Positions 17,472 through 27,891 of a stretch of 64,000 nucleotides of DNA are shown piece by piece; position 1 is the stretch's first letter, and each line of letters starts with the position of its first letter. The translations under genes were made by a program, and so were the position numbers. Under the pieces are notes generated by a model that was not told the origin of the DNA, ran no database searches, and saw only the letters and a program-made list of their open reading frames with translations. The DNA is from Phycisphaerales bacterium. Lineage in GTDB: Bacteria > Planctomycetota > Phycisphaerae > Phycisphaerales > UBA1924. Where the stretch lies: contig OZ245777.1 of NCBI GenBank assembly GCA_965227775.1, positions 1,728,001 through 1,792,000 on the forward strand. Direction: 5' to 3'.

Positions 17472-18338
17472 ATGACGCCAGCCTTCGATCTTGTCATCGC
17501 GTGCGACTGGTCGGCCGCGAAGGGCCGCAAGCCCGAGCCGGGCGAAGACCGCTGCTGGCTCGCGTGGCGGACAGCCGGCGATGAACGACCCGATCCCGAG
17601 TACATGCCTACGAGGCTCGAAGCCGAGGCCCGCGTGCGCGAGCTGATCATCGAACACGCGCAAGCCCGAACACTTGTCGGCTTCGACTTTGCCATTGGCT
17701 ATCCGCTGTCGGACGAGGGGAAGCCAGTGCTGCCAGTCGGTCGCGACCTGTGTGCGTTCATGGCCGACCGGATCACCGATGACCCCTCCGGCGTCAACAA
17801 CCGATTCGAAGTTGCCGAGGGCCTCAACACCGTTGTAAGAGGACAGACGGGTGCGACGTACGGCCCCTTCTGGGGCAGGCCGAAGGAGATGAGACACCTT
17901 GTCGGCCTGCCAATGGGTCGCGAGAAGCCGACCGGCATTCCCCAATTCCGGGCCGCTGAGTCTGCCGCTCGCAGAGCCGGCGGCGGCAAGCCGCAGTCGC
18001 CCTGGAAGCTCGCCGGGATTGGTAGCGTGGGCTCCCAGAGCCTGATGGGCCTACCGACGATCCATCGCTTGCTCAATGATCCGGCGATCGCACCGCGCGC
18101 GCACCTCTGGCCGTTCGAGCCGGTCCCCGAGCGTTCCGACGCGGTGACCTTCGCCGAGATCTACCCGAGCTTGTTCCCGCAGCACGCCCCGAAGCACTGG
18201 TATCGCGACGCAAGGCAAGTCGTCGATTCACGTGACGCGATGTGGGGGTTGCAAGAGCTGGCCCAGCCAACGCACGAGCATGCGACCGTCGAAGGATGGA
18301 TCCTCGGCGTGGACGATGCGCCCCCCGGAGGCAGCTAG
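17472..18338 (+). CDS. DUF429-like (RNase H-fold) hypothetical protein
   Basis: ACDWSA, LVGFDFAIGYP, GSVGSQ, AEIYPS, EGWILG. Confidence 0.65.
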   Translation: MTPAFDLVIACDWSAAKGRKPEPGEDRCWLAWRTAGDERPDPEYMPTRLEAEARVRELIIEHAQARTLVGFDFAIGYPLSDEGKPVLPVGRDLCAFMADRITDDPSGVNNRFEVAEGLNTVVRGQTGATYGPFWGRPKEMRHLVGLPMGREKPTGIPQFRAAESAARRAGGGKPQSPWKLAGIGSVGSQSLMGLPTIHRLLNDPAIAPRAHLWPFEPVPERSDAVTFAEIYPSLFPQHAPKHWYRDARQVVDSRDAMWGLQELAQPTHEHATVEGWILGVDDAPPGGS

Positions 18339-18341
18339 TCC

Positions 18342-19052
18342 ATGCCCCGAGAGCTCGTCGGCGAACTCATGGACGATCCAGCGATTGACCCCGCCGAGCA
18401 CGCGCATGCGCTCCGGGGGCTCGCGAGGCTCAACGCACTGAGCGGTGTGTCAAGGCAGCTGTATCCGATCCTCAAGGGATTGGCTGCGTCGCTCGATCGG
18501 CCGCTGACCATCACTGATGTTGCAACCGGCAGTGCGGATCTTCCGGTAGCATTGCTCCGCAGGGCGAGGCGAGATGGTGTTCGATTCGATCTGAAGGCAT
18601 GCGACATCAGCGAGGTTGCACTCGCCAACGCGGCCGAGCGGGCGAGCAGTGCCGGAGTTGCGCTGACCACCAAACAACTGAACGCCTTGGACGAAGCGCT
18701 GCCCGAGGCCGACGTCGTAACGTGCGCACTCTTTCTCCACCACCTGCAGGACGACGAGATCGTGGCCGTGTTGAAGAGGATGGTGACAGCCGCGAGCCGC
18801 TTTTTGCTCATCAGCGACCTGCGGCGAGGGCCATGGGGCACATCGCTGGCCACCATCGTCCCACGATTGGTGACCCGATCACACGTGGTGCATGTCGATG
18901 CCGTGCGTTCGGCACGCGCAGCCCTGAGCATGGGGGAGGCCCGCTCGCTGACACGGGGAATCTCGGGGGGGGGCTCCTGGAAGATCGATCCCGCCTTCCC
19001 GGCGCGTATGCTCCTTCAATGGCAGCCAGGCCCCAGTACGACGCGATCGTGA
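18342..19052 (+). CDS. SAM-dependent methyltransferase
   Basis: ELMDDP, DVATGSAD, LFLHHL, ISDLRR. Confidence 0.85.
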   Translation: MPRELVGELMDDPAIDPAEHAHALRGLARLNALSGVSRQLYPILKGLAASLDRPLTITDVATGSADLPVALLRRARRDGVRFDLKACDISEVALANAAERASSAGVALTTKQLNALDEALPEADVVTCALFLHHLQDDEIVAVLKRMVTAASRFLLISDLRRGPWGTSLATIVPRLVTRSHVVHVDAVRSARAALSMGEARSLTRGISGGGSWKIDPAFPARMLLQWQPGPSTTRS

Positions 19053-20086
19053 TCGGGGCCGGCCCCGCCGGCGCGATGGCAGCCCGCGTACTCGCCAATC
19101 GCGGCGTGCGAACGCTCATGATCGACAAGGCGAGCAAGGGCCGCTGGAAGGTCTGCGGTTGTTGCCTCGGCTCCGTCGGCACTGACGTACTCCGACGCCA
19201 CGGACTGAGCCGGATCCTCGGTGAGTCCCGATCGGTCGATGGTCTCGTGCTCGCGGCTCGGGGCAGGCAAGCCAATCTCGGCCTGCATGGGTTTGCGTCG
19301 ATCTCGCGTGAACAACTTGACGCAGCGCTCGTCGATGCCGCCGAAACTGATAGCGTTCAGACGCGATGGAACACTTCGGCACTTGCGAATCCGGATGGAA
19401 GTGTCGCCCTTGGCGACGAAGTGATCCACGCTGGTGTCATCATCGATGCGTCCGGACTGCGTAGTCGTGCCGAGCAAGTGACTTGCGGCGGACGCATCGG
19501 CTTGGGCATGACGACCGATCGCGTGCGATGCCCGGCCAACACGCTCACCATGTCGGTCGCTCGCGGCGGATACCTCGGACGCGTTGCCCTGCCGGATGGC
19601 CGCGTCGACTTCGCGATGGCCGCGAAGCCTTCATTCGTGCGACGCTGCGGAACGCCGACCGAGGCGGCCCGCACCATCTGGGCCGAGGCTGGCCTTGACG
19701 GTGGCGAGATCCCGGATGGTCGCTGGTTCGGCACGCCCATTCTTCGCCGAGAGGCTCGCGCGCAGCACGGTCGCATCCTGCTCGTGGGCGATGCGGCGGG
19801 TTACGTCGAGCCGTTCACGGGCGAGGGCATGTCGTGGGCACTGCTTGGTGGCTCAAGCATCGGAGATGACGCGCTCGCGTGCATCGAGCGGGGGCCACAG
19901 GCCTCAAACTGGCCGAGCACCTTGCGTTCATTGCTGGCGAGACGGCACGCACGCTGCAAGGCAGTGAGCAACGCCGTGCGATCGCCGATGCTCGTCCGTA
20001 TAGCGGTAGGGATTGCAAGCGTTGCGCCCGCGATCGGCTCATCAAGCGCCGCGTTGCTCAGCGGATCGCGGAGGCGTGTCGCATGA
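19019..20086 (+). CDS. FAD-dependent oxidoreductase (geranylgeranyl-reductase-like)
   Basis: IVIGAGPAG, KVCGCC, DASG, VGDAAGYVEPFTGEGM. Confidence 0.88.
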   Translation: MAARPQYDAIVIGAGPAGAMAARVLANRGVRTLMIDKASKGRWKVCGCCLGSVGTDVLRRHGLSRILGESRSVDGLVLAARGRQANLGLHGFASISREQLDAALVDAAETDSVQTRWNTSALANPDGSVALGDEVIHAGVIIDASGLRSRAEQVTCGGRIGLGMTTDRVRCPANTLTMSVARGGYLGRVALPDGRVDFAMAAKPSFVRRCGTPTEAARTIWAEAGLDGGEIPDGRWFGTPILRREARAQHGRILLVGDAAGYVEPFTGEGMSWALLGGSSIGDDALACIERGPQASNWPSTLRSLLARRHARCKAVSNAVRSPMLVRIAVGIASVAPAIGSSSAALLSGSRRRVA

Positions 20087-21132
20087 GCGCCCGCATGCTG
20101 GGCATCGGTACCGCGACCCCTCGTGGGCGCCTGAACCAAGCGGACGCTGCGGACATGGTCGCCGCAGTCGGACAGGTGTCGCCCGCGCGTGCTCGGGCCA
20201 TGAGCCACCTATACGCTCAGTCGGGAATCGAGGCGCGGTCAATGGCAATCGTCGATGGCGATCGCCAGACGTACTACAACGGCACTATTCCCAACACGGC
20301 CCATCGCATGCGGACCTTCCACAAGATGGCCCCGCCAATCGCGCACGAGGCTTGTGTTGGTGCCTTGCAAGATGGCGGTGTGCTCGCGAACAACATCACC
20401 CATCTCGTCACGGCGAGCTGCACGGGTTTGGCTTCGCCGGGCGTGGATATAGCGCTCATCGGTTCGCTGGGCTTGCGAGACTCGGTCCAGCGTGTCAACA
20501 TCGGATTTATGGGCTGCCATGCGGCTTTGAACGCCCTCCGAACGGCACGAGCGATCGCTCTGGCAGAGCCCGATGCGTGCGTGCTGGTGTGCTGCGTAGA
20601 GCTTTGCTCGCTCCACATTCAGGCCTCGCAGCAGGATGGCTGCGCCGTTGCCGATGCCCTCTTTGCAGACGGAGCCGCCGCGTGCGTCATCGGGAGCCAT
20701 GAAGCGCAGGGGCCAGCGCTTCGACGGACCGCGTCCATCCTTCTTCCCGATAGCCTGAGCGCGATGGGCTGGCGCATCGGTGAGGCTGGCTTCACCATGA
20801 CGCTCTCGCCGTCAGTCCCAGACATCCTGTCGAAGTCGGTTCGTGGCTGGGTTGAAGAGCTGCTCGCGACCGAGGGCCTAGGAGTTGCTGATGTTGCGTC
20901 GTGGGCCATCCACCCCGGTGGGCCACGCGTGCTCGGGTCGGTGGCCGACGCGATCGGCCTGGATGTAAGCCACACGCAGGCATCCGCCGACGTCTTGCGA
21001 CATCACGGCAACATGAGTAGCGCGACGATCCTCTTCATCATCGCGGAGCTGCTGAAGCGACATCGCAAGGGCCCCCTACTCGCCCTCGCATTTGGCCCTG
21101 GGCTCACCGGCGAAACGCTGCTCATGACCTGA
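20083..21132 (+). CDS. Type III polyketide synthase
   Basis: Cys-His-Asn triad FMGCHA / AIHPGG / HGNMSS; LFADG; AFGPGLT; ATGA overlap with upstream gene. Confidence 0.93.
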   Translation: MSARMLGIGTATPRGRLNQADAADMVAAVGQVSPARARAMSHLYAQSGIEARSMAIVDGDRQTYYNGTIPNTAHRMRTFHKMAPPIAHEACVGALQDGGVLANNITHLVTASCTGLASPGVDIALIGSLGLRDSVQRVNIGFMGCHAALNALRTARAIALAEPDACVLVCCVELCSLHIQASQQDGCAVADALFADGAAACVIGSHEAQGPALRRTASILLPDSLSAMGWRIGEAGFTMTLSPSVPDILSKSVRGWVEELLATEGLGVADVASWAIHPGGPRVLGSVADAIGLDVSHTQASADVLRHHGNMSSATILFIIAELLKRHRKGPLLALAFGPGLTGETLLMT

Positions 21133-22413
21133 CTACGGCGCACCCCCCGGAGCCATGCCGAACACCATGAGCCCTGTTGCCGAGCGCCGCATGGGGGCAA
21201 AGAGCAGGAACGGTCGCTTGGCGTCTGCTGTCCGCCGGGGCAGATAGTCTTCGCTCAGTACGCGTGTTGCTGTCCCGCGGCCGGCCTCGGGCCCCGGTGT
21301 CCACAGCACGAGTCCGTCGGGCGTTGAGCAAATGGCCCGACCGTCGCCGGCATCGACGGCGGCGACGCTTTCTGGCGCCAGCGCCACAAGCGAGCGGCGA
21401 GACGCGTCGACCGCGGCGCAGCGATCCATCGCGGGGTGGAACACGATTGGACCGAGTGATGCCTCGGTGGGTGAAGGTGCGGCCTCGCGCATGGCGTCGG
21501 TCGTCGAGACACCAGACACCGCGGATTGCGATGCCGCCACGATTTGCGAGGCACCCACGATGCCACCGCTCGCCGCAAGCCGCCACCGTCGCACGACACG
21601 CCCGAGTTCGCCCTCAAGCCCCGTTGTCAGATCGACAAGCAGCAGATCGATGGCGCCATCATCATCGACGGCAAGGCACGTCGCATGACGCTCGTCGGGC
21701 GCAAGGAGCGGGAACACGAGGTCGGCGTCGGGAAGCGAGAGTTCTCGTGCTTGGCCGTCGCGCTCCAGCAGGGCGAGCGAGAAGCGGCTCTCCCCAACGC
21801 TCCGCCGGCTAAACAGGATGGCGCCGCCGCCAGCGAACACCGCGTGTGCCGACACCGATCCATCGCGCACCAGCCAGCGAATGCCAGACTCGGTCTCGCT
21901 CCAGCGGGCGACGCCGATCCACCGCGACCCGTCAGGTCGTGGTGACTCAACAAGCACGCCTTCGGTGCTTGCGTCTCGGCCGAGCAAGATCGGCGAATCG
22001 AGGTCAAACAGCTCGATGCTCGTCCGCAGGCCACCAACGCCTGGCCTGAGTGGCGAGATGGACACAGTGCCTAAGCGGCTGCGATCCGGCGCTGCCGACT
22101 CGATCGCCAGCCGCTGCGCCCGAGGCGGGGCGGGCGTGTCCTGGGTTGCAACGAATGTGCCATCGGGGCTCACGATGGGAACGCTCAGCCCGTCGTACTC
22201 GATCGTTCCGAGCGATTCGACCGTGACGGAGATTCGTGAGGCCGTCGTCCCGCCGATGACTGGCCGTGCGATCGGATCGCTGGGCAGTGCGGGCGGGGCG
22301 CTCGCGCGCTCTTCCCGCAGTGCCTCGGTGCGTTCTTCATCAACAACGCACCCGCCAACACCGACCAGCAGCGCCAGCGCGATGGTTGCCCCGCGCTTAG
22401 CCCGGCTCGCCAT
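21133..22413 (-). CDS. Lipoprotein, TolB-like beta-propeller, last gene of the T2SS operon
   Basis: Lipobox VGGC; SPDG-type repeats; overlaps the gspD end. Confidence 0.6.
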   Translation of the reverse strand: MASRAKRGATIALALLVGVGGCVVDEERTEALREERASAPPALPSDPIARPVIGGTTASRISVTVESLGTIEYDGLSVPIVSPDGTFVATQDTPAPPRAQRLAIESAAPDRSRLGTVSISPLRPGVGGLRTSIELFDLDSPILLGRDASTEGVLVESPRPDGSRWIGVARWSETESGIRWLVRDGSVSAHAVFAGGGAILFSRRSVGESRFSLALLERDGQARELSLPDADLVFPLLAPDERHATCLAVDDDGAIDLLLVDLTTGLEGELGRVVRRWRLAASGGIVGASQIVAASQSAVSGVSTTDAMREAAPSPTEASLGPIVFHPAMDRCAAVDASRRSLVALAPESVAAVDAGDGRAICSTPDGLVLWTPGPEAGRGTATRVLSEDYLPRRTADAKRPFLLFAPMRRSATGLMVFGMAPGGAP

Positions 22414-24919
22414 CGTCTAGCGCTCCCGCGTCTTCCAACAACTCGCCTTCGAGCGGTTCCTCGATGCCCATCTGCTCGCGCTGCATCCGCAAACGCAGGC
22501 GGTAGGCCTCGTTGATCGCGTCGGCTTCCTCGGAATTCTCGACGATCACCGGCGTGATAAAAATCAACTGTTCAGTGCTGCTCACGCCCGTCTCGCGAGA
22601 ACGGAAAAGCCAACCGAGAAGTGGGATATCACCCAGCAGCGGGATCTTCCGCACGACCTCGGAGTCTTCGTTCCGAAGGATGCCCGAGATCACGAGCGTC
22701 TGCCCGCTACGAACGATGAGCTGCGTCGTGGTCTCACGGCGATCGACAACGACCTGTCCGCTCGCGTTGGCCTGCCCGGGCGCGACAGAGCTCAGCTCGA
22801 TGTTCACGCGGAGATCAACATCCTTGTTGGGCGTCAGGCGAGGTCGAACCCGGAGCTGGATGCCCACGGCCCGATACTCGAAGCCCTGGGTCGTACCGCC
22901 GGTGTCGGTGGTCTGGGCGTTCGTGATGAACGGGATGTCCTGCCCGTCGAAGAACTCGGCTTCCTGGTTGTCACTCGTGAAGATGATCGGGCGGCTCAGG
23001 ATGCTCACGTCGGTCCGCTCGTTGAGAGCCTGCAGCACGGCATTCAGGTCGACGCCCACGTTCAGAACGCTTGTGTCAAACAGGTTGCCGAAGATGCCGC
23101 CCTCGCTGGCAGTCGTACTCGAGACGAACGAGATCGAGTTGTCCGAGCGCGTGAGATTGATCGGCGAGCTCGACCAGCGCAGCCCTAGGGCTTCGGCGTC
23201 ATCGCGGCTCACTTCGGCGATGACCGCCTGGATCAGCACCTGCCGTCCCGGTTGGTCGAGCTGCTGGATGAGGTCAACAACAGCCGCGCGATACTCGGGC
23301 GGGCTGAGCACCATGATGGCGTTCTGCCGCCACACGGGCACGATGCGGAGCTTGCCGATGAGGTTGCTCGCACCGGCGCTGTCCGTCTGCTCACGAGCCG
23401 TCTGCCACCAGAAAGTAATCGTGCCCGGGTCGTTTTCGGCCTCGGTCGTGGCGTTGTCGGCCGCGTCGTCGGCAAACGGGCTGTCCCCAGCGCTGCCGCC
23501 GCTCGTAAGCCCGCTCTCGCTCCGCGGGATGCTCGCCAGCGTGCCATCAAGCGCGAGCAACGCGTTGAGCTGCTCGGCGACTTCTTCGGCAGACACGTGC
23601 TTGAGAGACACGATGGCCGGCAGCCCAACGCTCTTGGGCTGGTCCAGATCGCGGATGATCTGGTCGATCACCGCGAGGTTGTCCGGGCTCTTGGCGACGA
23701 CGGCGATCTGCCCGGCTGAAGGAATCGCCTCGAAGGCGAACTGGCCCGCGAGCCGGCCCACGCCTTGTGAGGAGCCAGTGCTTCCCTGGTTGCCTTGGTT
23801 GCCCTGGCCTCCGCCGCCACCGCCAGCTCCGCCCGCGTCGGGCTCGCCAAACAGGCCGACCAGCAGATCTCGAACGGCGATCGGGTCGCTGTTCTCGAGT
23901 GTGTAGATGCGCGGCGTTACGGTCTCTTCGGGCAGCGGCAGGTCCCACTCGGTCTCTATGAGATCCGCGATCTGATCCATCACGCCCTGCTCGGCAGCAA
24001 CCGTCACGCCGTTCTGCTGAGTGTTGGCCGTCACACGCAGCTCGGCGGTTGACGCGCCGCTAGAACTGTCTTCCTCACCACCGCCCCGCCCAAAGAAGCG
24101 GTTAAAATTTCGGCCGCCCTGTTGCTGGCCCTGCGTCGTCGTGCCGTCCTCGCCGAAGAGCTCGGTGATGTTCTCGGCGATGAGTTCCGCGTCGGCATAC
24201 CGAAGGCGGAACGTCTTCGTCACGAGCGCCCGTGAGCCGGGTTGGTCCATGCCCGCCAACAGCCCCTCGATGCGCCGAAGCAGGCCAATGTTGCCGAGCA
24301 CGGCGATGTGGTTGCTCGCCTCGTCAACGGTGATCTTGGCGTACTCGGGAACGACCTCGCCCAAGGCCTCGGCGAGCTCGGATGCTTCGGAGTTGCTGAT
24401 GCGGTAGATCTTCTCGGCCATCGAACCCAGATCGGTGCGGTCCATCACGCTCTCGCTGGGACCGATGACCGGCACGTCCTGGCGGATGACCTCGTTGATG
24501 TCACGGAGGATGATGATGTCGCGGGTCTCGACAACAGCCACTCCGTCCTGCTGCAGCGCGAGGATCACGAGATCGAGCGCCTGCTGACGCGGAATGGGCT
24601 GATCGCTTACGAGTGTGATTCGTGCGGGCAGGCGCATCTCGGGCACGATGACGACCTTGCCCGTGGCTTCAACGATGAACGGGATGAGGTCTTCGATCGA
24701 AGCGTCGCGAAAGGTCAGCGTCGTCGGTGGCCCATTCAGCACGCGGCGACCATCGGGGCCACGCTCGATCGGATCCGGCTCGGCCTGGCCTGCCTGTTCG
24801 GCGCCCCCGGCCGGTTCGGCGTCCTGCGCGAGGCTTACCGGCGCGGCAAGCCCGGCTGCGCCGACCAATGCGGCGATTGCCGAACGAACCACCAGGCTGC
24901 AACGAATGTCTGCCTTCAT
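22397..24919 (-). CDS. gspD: Type II secretion secretin
   Basis: N0 (FRDASIEDL..ATGK), N1-N3 repeats, QVLIQAVIAEV, GQTLVISG, KIPLLGDIPLLGWLFRS. Confidence 0.92.
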   Translation of the reverse strand: MKADIRCSLVVRSAIAALVGAAGLAAPVSLAQDAEPAGGAEQAGQAEPDPIERGPDGRRVLNGPPTTLTFRDASIEDLIPFIVEATGKVVIVPEMRLPARITLVSDQPIPRQQALDLVILALQQDGVAVVETRDIIILRDINEVIRQDVPVIGPSESVMDRTDLGSMAEKIYRISNSEASELAEALGEVVPEYAKITVDEASNHIAVLGNIGLLRRIEGLLAGMDQPGSRALVTKTFRLRYADAELIAENITELFGEDGTTTQGQQQGGRNFNRFFGRGGGEEDSSSGASTAELRVTANTQQNGVTVAAEQGVMDQIADLIETEWDLPLPEETVTPRIYTLENSDPIAVRDLLVGLFGEPDAGGAGGGGGGQGNQGNQGSTGSSQGVGRLAGQFAFEAIPSAGQIAVVAKSPDNLAVIDQIIRDLDQPKSVGLPAIVSLKHVSAEEVAEQLNALLALDGTLASIPRSESGLTSGGSAGDSPFADDAADNATTEAENDPGTITFWWQTAREQTDSAGASNLIGKLRIVPVWRQNAIMVLSPPEYRAAVVDLIQQLDQPGRQVLIQAVIAEVSRDDAEALGLRWSSSPINLTRSDNSISFVSSTTASEGGIFGNLFDTSVLNVGVDLNAVLQALNERTDVSILSRPIIFTSDNQEAEFFDGQDIPFITNAQTTDTGGTTQGFEYRAVGIQLRVRPRLTPNKDVDLRVNIELSSVAPGQANASGQVVVDRRETTTQLIVRSGQTLVISGILRNEDSEVVRKIPLLGDIPLLGWLFRSRETGVSSTEQLIFITPVIVENSEEADAINEAYRLRLRMQREQMGIEEPLEGELLEDAGALDDGEPG

Positions 24920-24932
24920 CAAGTACCTCGCT

Positions 24933-25463
24933 TCAGCCCGTGGGCGACGAACCCTCGCCGCGGTCGGGGATCACCACGCGATCCCGCGCCATCAACGGAA
25001 CATCGAACTCGATTCCCTTCCACATCACCCGGATCGACCACGGGGCCGATGCCTCGAGCACGCGGAGCTCGTCGTCCTCCCCCTCGCCAACGGCCAGGGA
25101 GGTTTTGTCATCAAACAGCACCTGCCCGTTTACGAATGCCACGACCTTCGGTCCGCCGTACGAAGCAGGTGGCGGCGGAGGTGGTGGCGGAGGTGGCGGC
25201 GGTGGAGGTGGTGCATCCGGCGGCGGTGGAGGTGGTGGGGGTGGAGGGGCGCTCGGCACGAAGAACGGCGAACGTCCATCCAATTGTGCCCGATGGTTCG
25301 CGGTCACGTCTCCAAGCTCGTTCGTATCGCCAACACCGGCATCGGCCGGTGGCAGCGAGAGCATCGCCGATTGCGCGATTCCACCGAGTGAAACGACCAG
25401 CGCCACGCTCGCTGCCACGCCCGCGGCGCCAACGAGCACCCATGCCGTCGTTGGAGCGCTCAT
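24933..25463 (-). CDS. Bitopic proline-rich protein in the GspC position
   Basis: N-terminal TM, RSPFF, poly-Pro linker, small beta domain; ATGA-coupled to the upstream gene. Confidence 0.65.
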   Translation of the reverse strand: MSAPTTAWVLVGAAGVAASVALVVSLGGIAQSAMLSLPPADAGVGDTNELGDVTANHRAQLDGRSPFFVPSAPPPPPPPPPPDAPPPPPPPPPPPPPPPASYGGPKVVAFVNGQVLFDDKTSLAVGEGEDDELRVLEASAPWSIRVMWKGIEFDVPLMARDRVVIPDRGEGSSPTG

Positions 25464-26095
25464 GAGCCACCTCCCGCGCTCCGCGCCGCCGATGCCGATA
25501 AGGCCCACGCCTCGACCGTCAGCGTTGCGGAAACCTGGCGCGAGCCGTCTTCAGCACGCCGGACGATGACACGCGTGATCGCCGCCACATCGGGGTTGGA
25601 CTCGAGCGCGCCGAGCACCTGGCTAAACGCTTCGGGTGACGCATCAAAGCTCACCGTGCTGACGAGCTTCACCAGCGAGCCACGACCGCCGTAGTACTGT
25701 GTCGCGGGTCCATCGGCGAGGTTCTGCTCGGTCGTCTGGGTTCGTGCCCCGCGCACACCCGCGTCTCGTAGCGCACCGTCGACCGCGCGGTTCAGTGCCG
25801 TCGCTCGTTCACTCCGTGGGCCGGGCAGCTCTACTTCGCCGTGCAAGCGCGAGCCTATGGCGATGCGCTGCTGGTCGTCCTGCGCCTTCTCGCCCATGGT
25901 CTTCACCGCTCGGATGCGCGCCGCCAACGCCTCGGCCCGGCCAGACGATTGCACCGTGGCATCAATCACAGGCTCGACCACGAGGAAGTACGCCGCCAGG
26001 CCGAGCACCGCCCACGTTAGCCACTTGGCCGATCGGGGCAGTTGGGCGTAACGCTCCATCAAGCCGCTCCGTGCTGGGGTTGTCGGATCACTCAT
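25460..26095 (-). CDS. GspM/PilO-like inner membrane protein
   Basis: Single TM, coiled coil, ferredoxin-like C-terminus; operon position. Confidence 0.65.
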   Translation of the reverse strand: MSDPTTPARSGLMERYAQLPRSAKWLTWAVLGLAAYFLVVEPVIDATVQSSGRAEALAARIRAVKTMGEKAQDDQQRIAIGSRLHGEVELPGPRSERATALNRAVDGALRDAGVRGARTQTTEQNLADGPATQYYGGRGSLVKLVSTVSFDASPEAFSQVLGALESNPDVAAITRVIVRRAEDGSRQVSATLTVEAWALSASAARSAGGGS

Positions 26096-27888
26096 CCGCC
26101 ACTCCCAACTTCGCGGTACCGCGATATCAGCTTCTCTGCTTCTTCCCTCAGCCGGGCTCGCGTCTCGGCATCGTTTGATTCGTCACGCGACGCGCTGTTG
26201 CGGATGCGCCACTGGTTCAGCAACTCGCTGCGGTCGAGCTCGGCGATCTGCGCATCGGTGATCGGCGTCGGCACGCCATCCTCGGATGCCGGACCACCAT
26301 CGCCCGACGGCCGGCGATCGCCCGAGGAGGCGCGCCCGCTCTCGATCGCGCTGTCACGCTCGGCCCTTTCTTCCGACGCGCGGCCGCCCGGGCTCGACGA
26401 GGGGCGCGAGCGACCCGTGGGCGTGCTCGCCGCCGCAACGACGGGCGTGGTCGTGTTGCTGGCGCCCTCGCCGTAGAGCACCTCGGCCAGCGGCATCTCC
26501 GCGAAGTCCCGCGGCATGTTGCCCCGGGCAATCGCGTTGCGAACACTCGCACTGATCTGGAATTCGACCGAATCACCAACGATCTCGCGTCGCACGACCG
26601 TGACCGATCCAAGCGTGCCAAGCTCATTGAGCGCGGTCTCGTATCGGGTGAGGAGCGTCTCGGGCGGTCCCTCGAGCGTCGGCCCGCCGGGCGCCACCTG
26701 CACAAAGCCCTCGATGTCGATCTGGGCGTTGCTATCCATGCGCACGCTCTCGAGAACGACGTGGACGGGCGCCGCGGCGCTCACCTCGGCCAGCATCTTT
26801 GTCATGGGCCATACACGGTCGTTCAGCTGGCCATAGATCGCCGCTCGCCGCGCATCGGCCTCGTACTGCTCGCGGAGCATCTCAGCGCGTGCCACCCTTC
26901 CGCTCAGCATCGCTTCGCGCACCTTCGCGCCCAGCAGCGGCGTGAATAGCAGCACGAGCAGGCACACGCCGCACGCGATCGCTACGTTTCGCCGTGAGGC
27001 AAGCCAGACGTTCATGCGCTCGCCCGTCGAGGCTCGTGCTTCCGGCTCGTCCTGGCGGAGCGATGCCAACGCGCGCACAGCGGGATCGGCGCTGACCGCG
27101 AGCAATCCCGCGCAGGTAGGTAGCAAGACTTTTGCGGCCTCGCGTGCATCGCTGGGCCAGCCATCAACCTTCTTGGAAAGTCCCTCGCCGATATCGCTCG
27201 ACCAGCCGATCCGGCGGCCACGCATCGGCTCATGCGAAGCGCGTAAGGCCGTACGCGCCTCGTCCTCATGCAGGCCGACAGCCGTTGCGGCCTCAAGCAG
27301 TCGCTGCTCGACATGGGAATCACTCGACACCACGTCGCTCGCCTCACGAAGCGACCGAACGAGCACGCCCTCGGGCCCATGCGCCGCCACGATCAGCACG
27401 CCTTGCTTCGCATCGGCGGCGAACGCGCACCCCTCGGAGAGCGACACGGCCATGCCGAGCGCGGCCGGAGCCGTCGTGAATCGAGCGTCCTCGGCTTGGT
27501 CGATCGCATCCGTCCCAGGCATCCAGGCCGTAAGCAGTGCGGTCCGTCCACTGCTTCCCGCCGGCAGCGCGCCGCAACCGCGTCGCCATGCCGGAACGCG
27601 TTCCGGCAGTTCGCCGTCGCCAAGGATGCCCAGCACCCGCACGAGTTCATCGCCCGGCAGTTCGTCAACGCCCCGGCAGCGTACCAATGACTGTCCCCAC
27701 GGCGCGAACCCGATCTGCGGGAGGTCGCTCGAGCCGCTGTCGATCGTCAACCGATGCCGATCGCCCATCCGCTGGATGGCAACACGCACGACCTCGCCGC
27801 CCGCGCGATCGATCGCGACGACGCCCTGGTTCGTGTTTACATCGCGTTGCCTGGCCAACGGCTCCCCTTCCGATTCCCTGTGAAACAC
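26092..27888 (-). CDS. GspL/PilN-like protein
   Basis: Cytoplasmic domain, TM, WPMTKMLAEVSAAAP..LESVR..IEG PilN-like pattern; operon position. Confidence 0.6.
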   Translation of the reverse strand: MFHRESEGEPLARQRDVNTNQGVVAIDRAGGEVVRVAIQRMGDRHRLTIDSGSSDLPQIGFAPWGQSLVRCRGVDELPGDELVRVLGILGDGELPERVPAWRRGCGALPAGSSGRTALLTAWMPGTDAIDQAEDARFTTAPAALGMAVSLSEGCAFAADAKQGVLIVAAHGPEGVLVRSLREASDVVSSDSHVEQRLLEAATAVGLHEDEARTALRASHEPMRGRRIGWSSDIGEGLSKKVDGWPSDAREAAKVLLPTCAGLLAVSADPAVRALASLRQDEPEARASTGERMNVWLASRRNVAIACGVCLLVLLFTPLLGAKVREAMLSGRVARAEMLREQYEADARRAAIYGQLNDRVWPMTKMLAEVSAAAPVHVVLESVRMDSNAQIDIEGFVQVAPGGPTLEGPPETLLTRYETALNELGTLGSVTVVRREIVGDSVEFQISASVRNAIARGNMPRDFAEMPLAEVLYGEGASNTTTPVVAAASTPTGRSRPSSSPGGRASEERAERDSAIESGRASSGDRRPSGDGGPASEDGVPTPITDAQIAELDRSELLNQWRIRNSASRDESNDAETRARLREEAEKLISRYREVGSGG

Positions 27889-27891
27889 ACT

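Noticed and set aside
25168..25250. GGT/GGC/GGA triplet-like tract as a contingency repeat
   Set aside because: Mixed Pro codons of a poly-Pro linker, not a perfect slippage tract
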